Below are positions 50,180 through 60,177 of a stretch of DNA of 64,000 nucleotides, one piece after another (position 1 is the first letter of the stretch; the number at the start of each line of letters is the position of its first letter). The stretch spans positions 288,001 through 352,000 of the forward strand of contig CAVWFS010000007.1 of the NCBI GenBank assembly GCA_963754315.1, read 5' to 3'. Made by a program: the position numbers and the translations under genes. Source of the DNA: an uncultured Candidatus Rokubacteria bacterium. GTDB taxonomy: Bacteria > Methylomirabilota > Methylomirabilia > Rokubacteriales > CSP1-6. The notes beneath the pieces are model-generated. The model saw only the letters and a program-made list of their open reading frames with translations, ran no database searches and was not told the DNA's origin.

Positions 50180-51201
50180 GCGCTCGCCCTGTCGTGAGCG
50201 GCTACCACACCCGGTGTGATGACGGTCTTGACGCCCCGGGCGGCCGCCGCATGCGCGAAGGCGTCGGTGATCTGAGCAAGGGGAAAGCGGGCAGTGATCA
50301 GCTCCTGAACACCCAGCGAGGGCAAGAGCTTCAGCGCCCGACGAAACGACGTCCCGCGGCCGAACGCCCCGTGGATCGTCAGCTCGCGATAGTGAACCTG
50401 AAAGAGGTCGAGGGCCAGGGGGGCGCCGGCCGGGCTTACCCCGACGAGCTGCACGATCCCCTTTGGTTTCGTCAGGGCCAGAGCCTCGGCCACCAGCTCG
50501 GGCTTGCCGACGGCCTCGCAGGCGACGTCCGGACCACGACCCTGCGTCAGTTCGGCCACGGCCTCGCGGAGCGACTCGCGCGAGGGGTCGATGACGGCGG
50601 CGGCGCCCAGCCGGCTGGCAATGTCACGGCGCTCGGCCATCGGGTCCGACAGGATGGCGCGTGCTGCGCCTCGCTTGAGCGCGAGAACCATGGTCAGAAG
50701 GCCCATGATCCCGCCCCCGATGACCAGCACGGTCGCCGCCCGTGGCATTCGAAACATCTCGAGCCCAGCCAGGCAGCACGCAGCTGGTTCCGTCATGGCC
50801 GCCGTGGCGGGATCGAGCCCATCGGGCAGAACATGGACGGCACGGAGCGGCAAGACTGCCCGTTCCGCGAATCCACCGACACGCGTCAGCTTGCTGCAGT
50901 GGCTCACGCGGTGGGCTCGGCACTCCACACACGCGCCGCAGCCATAGTTCGGTTCGCACGCCACTTCGCGGCCGATCAGGCTTCGGTCGACACGCAGGCC
51001 AACCTCACGCACCACCCCGGTATACTCGTGGCCCAGCACCACCGGGGGACGGTACGGGAACAGACCCTGTGTCGCGTGCACATCGGTGCCGCAGATCCCG
51101 GCGGTGTGAATGTCCACCAGCACGTCCCCTCGCCTTAGGGCGGTGTCCGCGACGTCGTCGATCGTGAAGCGCGACTCCCCGTGCCATGTTGCAACCCTCA
51201 T
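50176..51201 (-). CDS. Zn-dependent medium-chain alcohol dehydrogenase
   Basis: GICGTDVH, GHEYTG, CGACVEC..C, GGGIMG. Confidence 0.92.
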   Translation of the reverse strand: MRVATWHGESRFTIDDVADTALRRGDVLVDIHTAGICGTDVHATQGLFPYRPPVVLGHEYTGVVREVGLRVDRSLIGREVACEPNYGCGACVECRAHRVSHCSKLTRVGGFAERAVLPLRAVHVLPDGLDPATAAMTEPAACCLAGLEMFRMPRAATVLVIGGGIMGLLTMVLALKRGAARAILSDPMAERRDIASRLGAAAVIDPSRESLREAVAELTQGRGPDVACEAVGKPELVAEALALTKPKGIVQLVGVSPAGAPLALDLFQVHYRELTIHGAFGRGTSFRRALKLLPSLGVQELITARFPLAQITDAFAHAAAARGVKTVITPGVVAAHDRASA

Positions 51202-51303
51202 CCTGTCCTCCAGCCACCCGTTTGGATCAGCTGCACTACCATGCCGCAAGGCAAGAACCCGGTCCAGCCTCCCGGTTATGATTCAATGGGTACGCCGACC
51301 GCA

Positions 51304-51510
51304 AGGGGGACGGGGGGCTAGGGGGCCCTCGGCCCCACAGAGCGCGCGTAAAACCGAGGGGTGGCCCGGGTGTCCCGGGCCGCCCCGAACGAAGGGGGGC
51401 CGGGGGCCTTTCGGGCCCCGCAGAGCGCGCGTAAAACCGAGGGGTGGCCCGGGTGTCCCGGGCCGCCCCGAACGAAGGGGGGCCAGGGGGGCCCTTTCGA
51501 GGCCCCCCTT
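51304..51510. repeat. REP-like cluster, locus 4 (two near-identical units, period 83 bp)
   Basis: CAGAGCGCGCGTAAAACCGAGGGGTGGCCCGGGTGTCCCGGGCCGCCCCGAACGAAGGGGGGCC at 51338 and 51421. Confidence 0.85.
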
Positions 51511-51514
51511 CCAA

Positions 51515-52537
51515 ATGACACGAAAGGCAGTGCTCCTCGTGACTGGGGCGAGCGGTGAGCTGGGGCACGGGTTGATCCACCATCTCGCCGAACGCGGCGC
51601 GAGTATCCTCGCCCTTGACATCCGAGCCATGGACCCCGATCTTGCCCGGCGCTGCACGGCGACGCGCATCGGCGATATTCTCGATCATCACCTCCTCGAG
51701 CGCCTGATCAGCGAGTTCGAGATCTCGGAGATCTTTCACCTGGCCGCGCTCTTGTCTACCCGAGCGGAGTTTGTCCCGGAGACCGCCCACCAAGTCAACG
51801 TCCAAGGCACCCTCAACCTGCTACGCGTGGCGATGGAAGAGGCTCGTTCGCTTGGCCAGCCCGTCAAGTTCCTCTTCCCGAGCTCCATCGCCGTCTATGG
51901 CCTGCCCGATCTCGCCACCAAGCAAGAGGCGGGTCGGGTCGGCGAGCAAGAGTGGTTGGCGCCGGTCACCATGTATGGGTGCAACAAGCTCTATTGCGAG
52001 CATCTGGGTCGGTACTACGCACGCCACTACCGCCAGCTCTTTGCCCTCGACGAGCCCCGAGGGATCGACTTTCGCGCCATTCGCTTTCCCGGGCTTATCT
52101 CGGCCCTCACCGTGCCGAGCGGAGGGACGAGTGACTATGCGCCCGAGATGGTTCACGCGGCGGCTCAGCGCCGCCCGTATGCCTGCTTCGTACGGGAAGA
52201 TACGCGGATCCCCTTCATGGCTATGCCCGACGCCATCGATGCCCTGCTCGCCCTCATGCGGGCCCCGGCCGAGGCCCTCAGCAGCGTCGTCTACAACGTA
52301 TCGGCTTTCAACCCAAGCGCGCAGGAGCTGGCCGCGCGAGTCCGCCAGGCGATCCCCGATGCCCGGATCTCCTTCGCCCCCGATTCCCGCCGGCAGGCCA
52401 TCCTCGATTCCTGGCCGGAGGACGTCGACGACTCGCGCGCGCGGCGCGACTGGGGCTTTGCCCCTCGCCTCGACCTGGAGCGGGCCCTCTCCGAGTATTT
52501 GGTTCCCAACATCCAGCGCCAGCATGTCACCGGCTGA
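51515..52537 (+). CDS. SDR/epimerase-type L-threonine 3-dehydrogenase
   Basis: [36 protein letters not shown]; directly upstream of kbl. Confidence 0.85.
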   Translation: MTRKAVLLVTGASGELGHGLIHHLAERGASILALDIRAMDPDLARRCTATRIGDILDHHLLERLISEFEISEIFHLAALLSTRAEFVPETAHQVNVQGTLNLLRVAMEEARSLGQPVKFLFPSSIAVYGLPDLATKQEAGRVGEQEWLAPVTMYGCNKLYCEHLGRYYARHYRQLFALDEPRGIDFRAIRFPGLISALTVPSGGTSDYAPEMVHAAAQRRPYACFVREDTRIPFMAMPDAIDALLALMRAPAEALSSVVYNVSAFNPSAQELAARVRQAIPDARISFAPDSRRQAILDSWPEDVDDSRARRDWGFAPRLDLERALSEYLVPNIQRQHVTG

Positions 52538-52572
52538 GCGCGTGCTGGTGGCACACGCAGGGAGGGACTGAC

Positions 52573-53742
52573 ATGTACGGTGCGGACAAGGCCCGATTTC
52601 AGGCCGAACTTGACGACCTCGGGCAGGCCGGCCTCCTGAAGGGCGAGCGAATCATCGAGAGTCCCCAACGGGTCGAGGTGACCGTCGGGGGGCGGACCGT
52701 CCTGAACTTTTGCGCAAATAACTACCTGGGCCTCGCTGACGATCCCCGGCTCATCCGAGCGGCCCAGGACGGCCTCGCTCGCTGGGGATTCGGCCTGGCC
52801 AGCGTTCGCTTTATCTGTGGCACCCAGACGATCCATCGCGATCTCGAAATGGCGATCGCCCACTTCCTCGGGACTGAGGATGCGATCCTCTACACCTCCT
52901 GCTTCGACGCGAACGGCGGACTGTTCGAGACGATCCTCGACGAGCCCGACGTGGTGATCTCCGACGCGCTCAACCATGCGTCCATCATCGACGGGATCCG
53001 GCTCTGCCGTGCCCAGCGGCAGCGCTATCCGCACGCCGACATGGGCCAGCTGGAGAGTCTGCTGCGGGCTGCGCAAGGCGCCCGCACTCGCCTCATTGCC
53101 ACCGACGGGGTGTTCTCGATGGATGGCGATGTGGCGCCGTTACGCGAGATCTGTGATCTGGCCGAGCGCTATCACGCGCTGGTCATGGTGGACGACAGCC
53201 ACGCCACCGGCTTCTTCGGTCCCACCGGCCGCGGCACTCCGGAGCACTGCGGAGTGGCGGAGCGGGTGGATATCGTGACGTCTACTCTGGGCAAGGCCCT
53301 GGGCGGCGCCAGCGGGGGTTTCACGGCCGCTCCGCGCGCGATGGTGGATCTCTTGCGCCAGCGTTCTCGCCCCTATCTCTTCTCGAACACCCTGTCCCCT
53401 GCCGTCGTGTGCGCATCGCTGGCGTGCCTCGAGATCCTTGCCGAGAGTGCCGCCTTGCGGAATCGTCTCGAGGCGAACACGCGGTGGTTCCGTCAGGCCA
53501 TGCGAGAAGCCGGATTCGACATTCGGCCCGGGCTTCATCCCATTGTCCCGATCATGCTCGGTGACGCCCGCCGCGCTCAGCAGATGGCGGCTGATCTGCT
53601 GACCGAGGGGATTTACGTGGTCGGCTTTTCGTACCCGGTCGTGCCCCGCGACCAGGCGCGCATTCGGGTTCAGATCAGCGCCGCCCACACGCCGGCTCAT
53701 CTGGAGCGGGCGGTGGCCGCGTTCACTAAGGTGAGCGGGTGA
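52573..53742 (+). CDS. kbl: Glycine C-acetyltransferase (2-amino-3-ketobutyrate CoA ligase)
   Basis: [49 protein letters not shown]. Confidence 0.96.
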   Translation: MYGADKARFQAELDDLGQAGLLKGERIIESPQRVEVTVGGRTVLNFCANNYLGLADDPRLIRAAQDGLARWGFGLASVRFICGTQTIHRDLEMAIAHFLGTEDAILYTSCFDANGGLFETILDEPDVVISDALNHASIIDGIRLCRAQRQRYPHADMGQLESLLRAAQGARTRLIATDGVFSMDGDVAPLREICDLAERYHALVMVDDSHATGFFGPTGRGTPEHCGVAERVDIVTSTLGKALGGASGGFTAAPRAMVDLLRQRSRPYLFSNTLSPAVVCASLACLEILAESAALRNRLEANTRWFRQAMREAGFDIRPGLHPIVPIMLGDARRAQQMAADLLTEGIYVVGFSYPVVPRDQARIRVQISAAHTPAHLERAVAAFTKVSG

Positions 53743-53745
53743 GTT

Positions 53746-54033
53746 TCAGTCCACCTCTCGCAGGCGGAGAACTTCGGCGCGGCCGTCCATGAATTCTCCC
53801 ATCTTGCGACCCAGCGCTTTGAAGTACTCGGTGGTCCGGTGGAAGTCGAGGGCCGCTTGGTCGACGTAGCGTTCCAGGAACACGTAGGTATGGGGGGTCT
53901 CGCCAACGTGCAGCGCGTACAGCGTGCAGCCTGGCTCGTTGGCGTTGACCTTGGCCGCGAGCTCCTTGGCCACCGCCTCGAACTCCCGCTCCATCCCCGG
54001 TTTGACTTTCAACGTTGCCACAACACCTAGCAT
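53746..54033 (-). CDS. ABM-domain (antibiotic biosynthesis monooxygenase-like) protein
   Basis: VATLKVKPG, NEPGCTLY, FLERY...H; GGAGG SD. Confidence 0.85.
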   Translation of the reverse strand: MLGVVATLKVKPGMEREFEAVAKELAAKVNANEPGCTLYALHVGETPHTYVFLERYVDQAALDFHRTTEYFKALGRKMGEFMDGRAEVLRLREVD

Positions 54034-54085
54034 GTGGTCCTCCCTTGAGGCCTCAGTTCGAGGATCCGACACGGTGTGCCCTGCG

Positions 54086-55381
54086 TCACGGAGCCACCGT
54101 CCGGAGTGGGCCGTCCTCGGGTGGCGAGGTGCGGCGAAGAATGACCGCGCTATTGGTTCCGCCGAAAGCAAACGTGTTCTTGAGAATGACGCGGAGGGCC
54201 GCCGACCGCGGCACGTCGCGGACGAAGTCGAGAGTACAGCGGGGATCCGGAGCATCGAGGTTGCGGCAGGGAGGGAGGAGGCCGTGATGGAGGGCCAGGA
54301 TCGAGGTGACCAACTCCACCCCGGCGGTGGCGCCCATCAGATGGCCCAGCTGCGCCTTGCTGGTCGTCACCGGGACGGCCAACGCGCGCGCGCCCAGGAC
54401 CTTGGTGAGGGAGGCGGCCTCGACCACGTCGGCGAGCTCGGTGGCCGTGCCGTGCGCGTTGACGGCGTCGATCTCATCGGCCGTCATGCCAGCCGACTGC
54501 AGCGCGGCATGCATCGCTCTGACCTGCCCGTCGGGGTCCGGCCGAACGATGTGGGTGGCATCCGACGCACACCCATAGCCGGCGATCTCGGCCCAGATGC
54601 GAACGCCGCGCCGGGTGGCAGACTCCTCGGACTCGAGGACGAAGGCGGCTCCGCCTTCCCCGATGACCAACCCGTCGCGCCGCTGATCGAACGGGCGCGA
54701 GGCCAGCTCGGGCTCCGGAATGCGCGAGAGGACGCCCAGGCGGTTCCACGCCGCGAAGGTGTAGAGATCGAGCCCGCTGTCGCAGCACGCAGCCACCGCA
54801 GCGTCCACGAGACCAAAGCGTACTCGCTGGAAGGCTTCGCCGAGAGCGACGGCGCCGGTGGCACAGGCCGCGCTCACCGCGAAGCTGGCTCCGGTCAGTT
54901 TGTAGCGGATCGAGATGACGCTGGCCGGCCGGCTGAACATGACCCGAACCACAGTCGTCGGGCGCATGCGCCGATAGCCTCGCTCGACGAAGGTTCGGGT
55001 CGCCTCGTTGCTGAAGCTCACGTTGCCGTGGCCGCTACCCACGATCAGGTCAAGCGGCAGCGGCGATCGGCCGTCCACGGGCAGCCCGGCATCCTCCAGG
55101 GCGCGTCCCACGACGTACAGACCGAGCTGGCTCCCACGATCTGGCTCATTCAGCGCATACCCTTGGAGCCCCTGCGCGAGCCGATCGTCATCCACTTGGC
55201 CCGCAATCCGGACGGGAAGCTCCGGGTGCGAATCCGCGCAGGCCAGGGGGCGAATTCCGCACGCCCCGTCGAGGAGCCCACGCCACAGCTCGGCCCACTC
55301 GAGGCCGAGCCCGGTGGCAACCCCCATGCCGGTGATCACGACACGTCGCGGTCGAATCGGTTCCGGAGCGAGAGGGGGCAT
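54086..55381 (-). CDS. Beta-ketoacyl-ACP synthase (FabF-like)
   Basis: RRVVITGMG, catalytic SAACATG, VNAHGTAT, GHLMGA, FAFGGTN. Confidence 0.92.
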   Translation of the reverse strand: MPPLAPEPIRPRRVVITGMGVATGLGLEWAELWRGLLDGACGIRPLACADSHPELPVRIAGQVDDDRLAQGLQGYALNEPDRGSQLGLYVVGRALEDAGLPVDGRSPLPLDLIVGSGHGNVSFSNEATRTFVERGYRRMRPTTVVRVMFSRPASVISIRYKLTGASFAVSAACATGAVALGEAFQRVRFGLVDAAVAACCDSGLDLYTFAAWNRLGVLSRIPEPELASRPFDQRRDGLVIGEGGAAFVLESEESATRRGVRIWAEIAGYGCASDATHIVRPDPDGQVRAMHAALQSAGMTADEIDAVNAHGTATELADVVEAASLTKVLGARALAVPVTTSKAQLGHLMGATAGVELVTSILALHHGLLPPCRNLDAPDPRCTLDFVRDVPRSAALRVILKNTFAFGGTNSAVILRRTSPPEDGPLRTVAP

Positions 55382-55401
55382 CGGCACGGAATACGTCGAT
55401 A

Positions 55402-56481
55402 TCACCCGGCGGCGGCGGTACAGGGCGCCTGACGGAGCTCGTTCAGGACATGCAAGCTGGCCATGATCTCTGCCGGAGCCACTCCGAAGTCCACCAGACA
55501 GGCAATCTCGTCGACGCCCACCTTGCGTACCGCTTCCACCATGTGACGGCACGCGGCGAGCGAGCCGAGGAGGGCGGTCTTCTGATAGTAGCGTTCGAAC
55601 GCATACTCGAGCAGATCGGCGCGCTTGCGCGGGGGCAGGTCCTCGAGACGTGCCTCTCCGACACGCCACAGGTCGACTGAGCTTTCCAGATAACGCTTGA
55701 ACGGTTCGCGCACGGCCCGGCGTACGGACTCCTCGTCCGCTCCCACAAACGTATGGAGCATGAGGGTCACGTGTCCCCGGCCGGCGTGCCCGTTCTGACG
55801 TCTGGCGTCACGGTAGGCGGCGATCTTTTCACCAAGATCCTCGACGCCCTGAAAAAGCAAGGCAGTGAGAACGTTGAAGCCGCGCTCCCCCGCGTCGAGG
55901 TAGCGGTCGCGTCCACCCGAGCAGGTGAGCCATATCGTGAGCTCTCGCTGCCGCGGCAACGGGTGGATCCGCACACGGATGACCTGACCGAGGCCATTTT
56001 CCGCCTCGATCTCGTCCCCTCGCCAGAGCCGTTGCACCCTCTCGATGCCCTGAAAAGTCCGCTGCGTCCGGTCGGCGTAGGCGTGCGGCGCGATGGCGAA
56101 GTCGTTTGGATTCCAGCCGACGGCGAAGGACACATCGACCCGCCCGTTCGATAGGTTGTCGACCACCGCCCACTCCTCCGCCACCCGGATGGGATGGTGG
56201 AGGGGCATGACGACGCTGCCGGCCCGGATCCGGATGCGCTCGGTCGTTTCCGCCAGCACCACCCCGGCGAGGGCGGGATTGGGGAAGATCCCCCCGAAGG
56301 CATGGAAGTGGCGCTCAGGGATCCACACCGCCTCGAACCCGTGGCGGTCCGCGAACTGCGTACTTTCGCGGAACAGGTCGAATTTTCCCCGCTGGAACTC
56401 CGCGGGCTGGCTGGCAAAGAAAAGCAGGCTGAAGCGTGGCCAGGGGACGGTCACGGCGTGGGCTCGCCCCGTACTCTCCAT
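55402..56481 (-). CDS. MupA/Atu3671-type luciferase-like FMN monooxygenase (stand-alone)
   Basis: WIPERHFHAFGGIFPNP, IRAGSVVMPLHHPIRVAEEWAVVDNLSNGRV, VTLMLHTF, EIACLVDFG. Confidence 0.9.
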   Translation of the reverse strand: MESTGRAHAVTVPWPRFSLLFFASQPAEFQRGKFDLFRESTQFADRHGFEAVWIPERHFHAFGGIFPNPALAGVVLAETTERIRIRAGSVVMPLHHPIRVAEEWAVVDNLSNGRVDVSFAVGWNPNDFAIAPHAYADRTQRTFQGIERVQRLWRGDEIEAENGLGQVIRVRIHPLPRQRELTIWLTCSGGRDRYLDAGERGFNVLTALLFQGVEDLGEKIAAYRDARRQNGHAGRGHVTLMLHTFVGADEESVRRAVREPFKRYLESSVDLWRVGEARLEDLPPRKRADLLEYAFERYYQKTALLGSLAACRHMVEAVRKVGVDEIACLVDFGVAPAEIMASLHVLNELRQAPCTAAAG

Positions 56482-57360
56482 CGCCGGTGACCCCACATGT
56501 ACTGTTCCGGATGCCTGCGCACCTCGGCCTCGATCTCGGCGGTTAGCGCCTGGGTGAGTGCCCGCGCGTCCTTCTCCCGGTCACCCGTCCGCTCGCACGT
56601 CACCGGCCCCACCACGCGTAACGCGTAGCGAAGCGAGCGCACTCGCACCGCGCAGGCCACCAGGACAGGCGCGCGGGTGGTCAAGTGCAGCATGGCCACC
56701 GACTTCGTCGCCCACGCCGGTCGCCCAAAAAACTGGACAGCGACCCGCCCCCGCACCACGTGCTGATCGATCATCAATGCCACGATCTCGCCGTGGGCCA
56801 GAGCACTGACGAAGCGCAAGGGGGAGTCCGTGAATCGGGACACCAGCCGCAGCCGCTCCCCTTCCCGTTGCGCCCGCACGAGGCGATCCAGGTACGGATT
56901 CGTAAACGGGCGATAGATCGCGCACATCGGCTTCAGCATGGAGGCCGCGCGGGCGGCCACTTCCCAGTTGCCGAGGTGGGCACTGGCCACGATGAGCCCC
57001 TGCCCGGGCTGGCGCAGCGAGTGTTCGATCTCGGGCGACGCGTCCAGCTGGACGTACTCTCTCCAGTTCTCGCGAGTCATGCGGCGGCGCATGATCGCGC
57101 TCTCCACGACCATCACCGCAAAAGTCTGAAACGCGCTGAGGGCTATCGCGCGCGCACCGGCAGCGGTGGGGGTCAGGCCGGCCCGCAGAACGTTGTCCAC
57201 GGCGATCTGCCGTCCGCCGTCGCCAGACGAGGAAGGCCAGCCGCGCCACGGCCCGAGCGAGTCCAACCAGCATCGGCGGCGGCACGATGGCGACCAGCAG
57301 AGACAGGACCCACGCCGTCACGCTTTGCATGCGGTACCACAGGGTGCGAACGGCGGTCAC
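56451..57360 (-). CDS. LpxL/HtrB-family (lipid A late) acyltransferase (frameshift near 57213)
   Basis: N-terminal membrane anchor; catalytic AHLGNWE, LMIDQH, PEQYMWGHRRWR. Confidence 0.85.
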
Positions 57361-57605
57361 CCGGCCAGCCGGACCTCCAGGTAGTCGATCAGATCAGACA
57401 CGCGTTCCATGGCGACCAGATCGGCGATCTCGGTCTGGACGCGGAAGCGGTCCTCGACGTCGTAGATGAAGTCCAGGATGGAGATCGAGTCGAAGCCGAT
57501 GCGGTCGAGTCGCGTGTTCTCGGTGATAGAGGAGACGTCGACCTTGACCTGCTCCTGCCGCGTCAGCAGATCTCTGAGCCCGACAACGATCTCGTCACGC
57601 CTCAT
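57357..57605 (-). CDS. Acyl carrier protein
   Basis: 82 aa, acidic; GFDSI phosphopantetheine site; VEDRF; GGAGGG SD; TGcTAAGCT extended -10 at 57633-57641 (minus strand). Confidence 0.9.
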   Translation of the reverse strand: MRRDEIVVGLRDLLTRQEQVKVDVSSITENTRLDRIGFDSISILDFIYDVEDRFRVQTEIADLVAMERVSDLIDYLEVRLAG

Positions 57606-57658
57606 ACCCCTCCGAATCCACCACCCCGCAAAAGCTTAGCATGCCCCCTCCGTTCATC

Positions 57659-57770
57659 ATGGGGGGCCTCGACGGCCCCCCAAACTCCCGCGCGCTCGGG
57701 GACGCCCCGGGATATCCCGGGGCGCCCCTCGATAGCACGTGAGGTGGGGGGGCCTCGAAAGGGCCCCCAT
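57659..57770. repeat. REP-like cluster, locus 5
   Basis: GGGGGGCC-TCGAC-GGCCCCCC; CGCTCGGGGACGCCCCGGG-ATAT-CCCGGGGCGCCCCTCG; GGGGGCC-TCGAAAG-GGCCCCC. Confidence 0.75.
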
Positions 57771-57772
57771 GA

Positions 57773-58480
57773 CTACAAATGTGACAGCGTCTCCTGTGGC
57801 GGAGACTCGCGCGGGCCTCCGAACCGACGCTCAAGCAGACGCCGGGCGACGGTGCGGCCGCCAATCCCAAAGGCGAGCGCCAGGCCCAGCACGAGTCCTC
57901 CAAAGGTGATTCCGAACGCGATCAGAACCATGTCGCGGCCGATACCGACCTCGGTCAGCGCAGTGGCCACCGTGAAGAGCAGCACACTCCATCGCGTCAC
58001 CCGGGCGAGCAGCCCCGCTTCGGGCAGGCCGGCGTTGACGGCCCCGACGAGCACGGCATGCCCCAGGAAATTCGCGGTCAACATCCCGACCACCAGGATG
58101 AGCAGGGCCGCCAGCGCCCGGGTGAAGAATCCCATGAGCAGGCCGGTCGCTCCGGGAACGCCGGGAAGGGCCAGAGCCTCGATCCCCATGGTGGCAAAGG
58201 TCACGAAGGTACCCCAGAACACCAGCAGGCGGAGCACGTGGGAGGGAGAACGTCCGATCCCGCCTCGCATCAGCGCTGCCGTGAGTCCCCACGATCGGCT
58301 GCGGTCATCGAGTCGTGCCGCGTCTGCGAGCCGCCGGATCAGCGCCCCCAGTACCCAGCCGAGCAAGAGCCCGAGGCCGACCAGGGTGAGCATGGCCAGG
58401 ATGCTCGGAACGACTGCCACCAGGGTCAGGCCAAGGTTCCGGAGGGCGGACAGTACGAGATCGCGCCAGAACTCCGTCAT
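57773..58480 (-). CDS. Membrane protein with conserved TM-helix repeats (CmpX/MscS-TM-like)
   Basis: Several hydrophobic helices; LALAFGIGGR C-terminal motif. Confidence 0.75.
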   Translation of the reverse strand: MTEFWRDLVLSALRNLGLTLVAVVPSILAMLTLVGLGLLLGWVLGALIRRLADAARLDDRSRSWGLTAALMRGGIGRSPSHVLRLLVFWGTFVTFATMGIEALALPGVPGATGLLMGFFTRALAALLILVVGMLTANFLGHAVLVGAVNAGLPEAGLLARVTRWSVLLFTVATALTEVGIGRDMVLIAFGITFGGLVLGLALAFGIGGRTVARRLLERRFGGPRESPPQETLSHL

Positions 58481-58491
58481 GTCACTACTCC

Positions 58492-60177
58492 TCAGATCGC
58501 GCTCGTTTCCAGGCCATACGGTTCGTCGGCCGCCGCGGGCCGCTCGAGGCGGAACCAGTAGAAGCCATGCGGACCGAGACTCAGGAAATACGGCTGCTCG
58601 TGCACGGGCGGAAAACGGGTCGAGCCCAGCATTTCCACCGGGGTTGCCCCCTTGAACTCGGCAAGGTCGAGCTCCACCGGTTGGGGCGAGGCCGCCAGGT
58701 TGACGACGATCAGCAACACCTCGCGCTGATACCGCCGCAGATACGCCAGCACGCGCGGATTCCGGGGACGCAGGAAGTCGATACTGCCCCGGCCAAACGC
58801 GGCGGAAGTCCGGCGGGTGGCGATCAATCGGCGCATGGTGTTGAGCAGCGACGACGGCGTCCGTGCCTGCGCCATCACGTTCAGCCCCTGGTAGCCATAG
58901 ACGGCATCCCCAATGACGGGCAGATACAGACGCTCCTCGTGGGCGCCCGAGAACCCCGCGTTGCGTTCGCGCGACCACTGCATCGGTGTCCGCACCCCGT
59001 CGCGGTCACCCAGGTGGATGTTGTCCCCCATGCCGATCTCATCGCCGTAGTAGATGATGGGGCTCCCGGGCAAGGTGAGGAGCAGGCAGTTGAGCAGCTC
59101 GATGCGACGCCGGTCGTTCTCCATGAGAGGAGCCAGGCGGCGCCGGATACCGAGATTCAACTTCATCTCCGCGTCGCGCGCGTACGCGTAATACATGAAG
59201 GCGCGCTCTTCGTTGGTGACCATTTCGAGGGTCAGCTCGTCATGGTTGCGGAGGAAGAGGCCCCACTGGCACGCCGCGGGAATGGGCGGGGTGTGGGTGA
59301 AGATGTCGACGATGGGCAGGCGCTCCTCGAGCCGGATGGCCATGTAGAGACGCGGCATGAGGGGGAAGTGGAAGGACATGTGGAACTCATCACCGTCTCC
59401 GAAGTACGGCCGCACATCCTCCGGCCACTGATTGGCTTCGGCCAGCAGCACCCGATCGCCCCCGTACTCGCGATCGATCACGGCCCGCAGCTCCTTGAGC
59501 ACCGCGTGTGTCTCGGGGAGGTTCTCCCCGCTGGTGCCCTCCCGCTCGATCAGATAGGGGACGGCATCGCAGCGGAAGCCATCGAGCCCCTGGTCGAGCC
59601 AGAAGCGCATCACATCGAGCATCGCCCGGCGGACGTCGGGGTTGTCGTAGTTGAGATCAGGTTGGTGGCTGAAGAAGCGGTGCCAGTAGTAGGCGCGGCG
59701 GCGGGTGTCCCACGTCCAGTTCGATTTCTCCGTATCGATGAAGATGATACGGGCGTCCCGGTAGCGCTGGTCCGTGGGACTCCACACGTAGTAGTCGGCG
59801 TAGGGGCCCTCCGCCGCCCGCGAGGCCTGGAACCACGGGTGCTGATCGGAGGTGTGATTCATCACGAGATCGGCGATGACCCGTAGGCCTCGCGCGTGGG
59901 CGGCATCGAGCAGGGTTCGGAACTCGGCCACCGTTCCGTAGGAGGGATGCAAGGTATAGAAGTCGGCGATGTCGTAGCCATCGTCGCGTAGAGGCGAGGC
60001 GTACACGGGCAAGAGCCACAGGCAATCCACGCCGAGCTCCTGCAGGTAGTCGAGGCGCGCGGTAAGACCGCCGAAGTCACCGATTCCGTCGCCGTTGCTG
60101 TCCATGAACGCCTTGACGTGGACCTCGTAGAAAATGGCGTCCTTGTACCAGTCGGTGGCGCCAGCGGCTCTGCTCAT
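58492..60177 (-). CDS. treS: Trehalose synthase (maltose alpha-D-glucosyltransferase)
   Basis: [46 protein letters not shown]. Confidence 0.96.
   Translation of the reverse strand: MSRAAGATDWYKDAIFYEVHVKAFMDSNGDGIGDFGGLTARLDYLQELGVDCLWLLPVYASPLRDDGYDIADFYTLHPSYGTVAEFRTLLDAAHARGLRVIADLVMNHTSDQHPWFQASRAAEGPYADYYVWSPTDQRYRDARIIFIDTEKSNWTWDTRRRAYYWHRFFSHQPDLNYDNPDVRRAMLDVMRFWLDQGLDGFRCDAVPYLIEREGTSGENLPETHAVLKELRAVIDREYGGDRVLLAEANQWPEDVRPYFGDGDEFHMSFHFPLMPRLYMAIRLEERLPIVDIFTHTPPIPAACQWGLFLRNHDELTLEMVTNEERAFMYYAYARDAEMKLNLGIRRRLAPLMENDRRRIELLNCLLLTLPGSPIIYYGDEIGMGDNIHLGDRDGVRTPMQWSRERNAGFSGAHEERLYLPVIGDAVYGYQGLNVMAQARTPSSLLNTMRRLIATRRTSAAFGRGSIDFLRPRNPRVLAYLRRYQREVLLIVVNLAASPQPVELDLAEFKGATPVEMLGSTRFPPVHEQPYFLSLGPHGFYWFRLERPAAADEPYGLETSAI

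Noticed and set aside
52573..53742. Kbl as a serine palmitoyltransferase belonging to the adjacent ACP/KS operon (sphingolipid pathway)
   Set aside because: The sequence has Kbl-specific motifs ([16 protein letters not shown]), pairs with a threonine dehydrogenase, and is on the opposite strand.
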